A stretch of DNA of 64,000 nucleotides. Origin: Squalus acanthias. Its lineage: Eukaryota. Positions within the stretch are counted from its first letter, which is position 1. The number at the start of each line of letters is the position of its first letter. The notes under the pieces are model-generated. The model ran no database searches. It was not told the DNA's origin and saw nothing but the letters and a program-made list of their open reading frames with translations. A program made the translations under genes and the position numbers. Shown piece after piece: positions 62,643 through 64,000 of the stretch. The DNA lies in contig CM059448.1 of NCBI GenBank assembly GCA_030390025.1, positions 10,106,001 through 10,170,000 of the forward strand. Reading direction: 5' to 3'.

Positions 62643-62929
62643 AAAAGAATAGCGCCCTAAACCAGTGGTGTCCAAACTACAGGCTGTGTTCCCCGAGTCC
62701 TGACAACCCATATGAAGCCCAGGGCATCTCACTCTCGCTGATTGTATTTATTAATGATTGACTTCAGCGCCTTGGGTTGTTTTACTACGTTTAAGTTACT
62801 ATATAAATGCAAGTTATTGTTAATTATATTTATTACTTTTACATTTGTCCTTTTTAAATATCGTGGGCTTGGAGGTTTGGAAAGGGCTGTTGTCTCTTTG
62901 GTGGATGAATCCTAAATCAGAACACCAAG

Positions 62930-63150
62930 AACTTCAGCTGCCTAAGCCCCACATTCTGCAATTCCCTCGCTAAATCCCTTTGTCTCTCTGCCTCCCTCTC
63001 CTTCAAGACCCTCCTTAAAACCCATCTCTCTTACCAAGATTTTGCTCATTCTTCCTAATATCTCCTCCTTGCCTCGGCTTCAATATTTATTTCCTTATGC
63101 CTCGGTGAAGAGCGTTGAGATACTTTTCTACATTAAAGGCAGCGTATAAA
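62930..63150 (+). mobile_element. L2 3' fragment (degenerate)
   Basis: cttcagctgcctaagccc...cttcaagaccctccttaaaaccc, homologous to 38560-38760. Confidence 0.65.
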
Positions 63151-64000
63151 TAGGACACTAATAAAAATGACAGTACAGGGTTTAAAGAATTTAAGATGGA
63201 AATTGGGAAGCTGGGGGTGGAAGGGGAAAGCAGCGAGGACCTCCTGCAGGCTCGGTTAATGTTGGCTGTGCTGTTGAAAATGTGAAATTTTTGAGGCAAT
63301 AGAACTTCAGTGGGAACTGCTGCCAATATTAACATTTTGATTGAATTTGGGGTCTAAGGAAGGTTTTGTATATGGAGCTTATTCTGTGATGATCTAATGA
63401 TCAAGCACACTGAAATCTTTACTTTTTCACTCGATTCCTAACGCGTCTGTGTTTTCATTTGATGTAATTATGTAATACCAAATACCTATATAACTTGGTC
63501 ACTTATCATTGAGCTCTTCTTAATATGTTAAAATTTTTTATCTAACTTTGAATACACATCCTTATTGATTTAAATAATTCCAGTATCAATGCCTGTATTT
63601 CCTTCAATTATCAGCCTAAGGCAACCTATCCACAATTATTTAAATAGCATAAATTCTATTTAAATGGAATAAATTCCTTTTATTTTAGCATCTTTTCTGT
63701 TGCAGGAGTTATAACCGTAATTGCTAACATAAACGAAGGCATTGTTCACTGGAACACTCTGATAACATTAAAAAACATAAAGCTCTTGTTCTACTGAATG
63801 ACGGAGATCTTGGCATTTAACAAGGCTTCACACATGCACCAGTACATTGGCAATGGCCAGTTCCTGTATACTAATGATGAAGACTGAACTGTATTGTGTG
63901 ACCATGAGTGCTCCCTACTTCTAGGAGCTTGTATGAGTAGAGTTATTCTCCTGTGGTCCCAAATGACGTTCTAGTTCATAACGATTTGTTTTTAGCTCCC

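Noticed and set aside
63706-64000. Candidate AKAP10 exon 3 after ttttctgttgcag
   Set aside because: The phase-1 join gives an immediate TGA, and there is no similarity to the expected HALLEAAGPSHVAINAISANMDSF. Exon 3 probably lies beyond the window.

Overview
This is repeat-rich vertebrate genomic DNA. The repeat families (Deu-domain tRNA SINEs, CR1, L2, RTE, Tx1, Penelope, Harbinger) point to a cartilaginous fish, probably a shark. Two host genes start head-to-head about 12.5 kb apart: an LHFPL7/TMEM211-like tetraspan gene on the minus strand (coding exon 23371-23586) and AKAP10 on the plus strand (exon 1 at 36287-36380 in a CpG island, exon 2 at 53000-53050). A full-length Harbinger transposon (4541-10458, 13-bp TIRs) carries an intact DDE transposase and a three-exon Myb/SANT-like partner gene with two nonsense codons. 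A young CR1 LINE sits in the transposase TATA-like box, and a 32-bp minisatellite of about 56 units abuts the right TIR. The most striking non-coding signal is a set of Penelope-derived insertions with 11-15 bp target-site duplications that carry minimal type I hammerhead ribozyme motifs. Several are fold-back palindromes with one hammerhead on each strand, and stem I shows a compensatory change between copies. All calls come from reading the sequence by eye; no database searches were run, and repeat boundaries are approximate.
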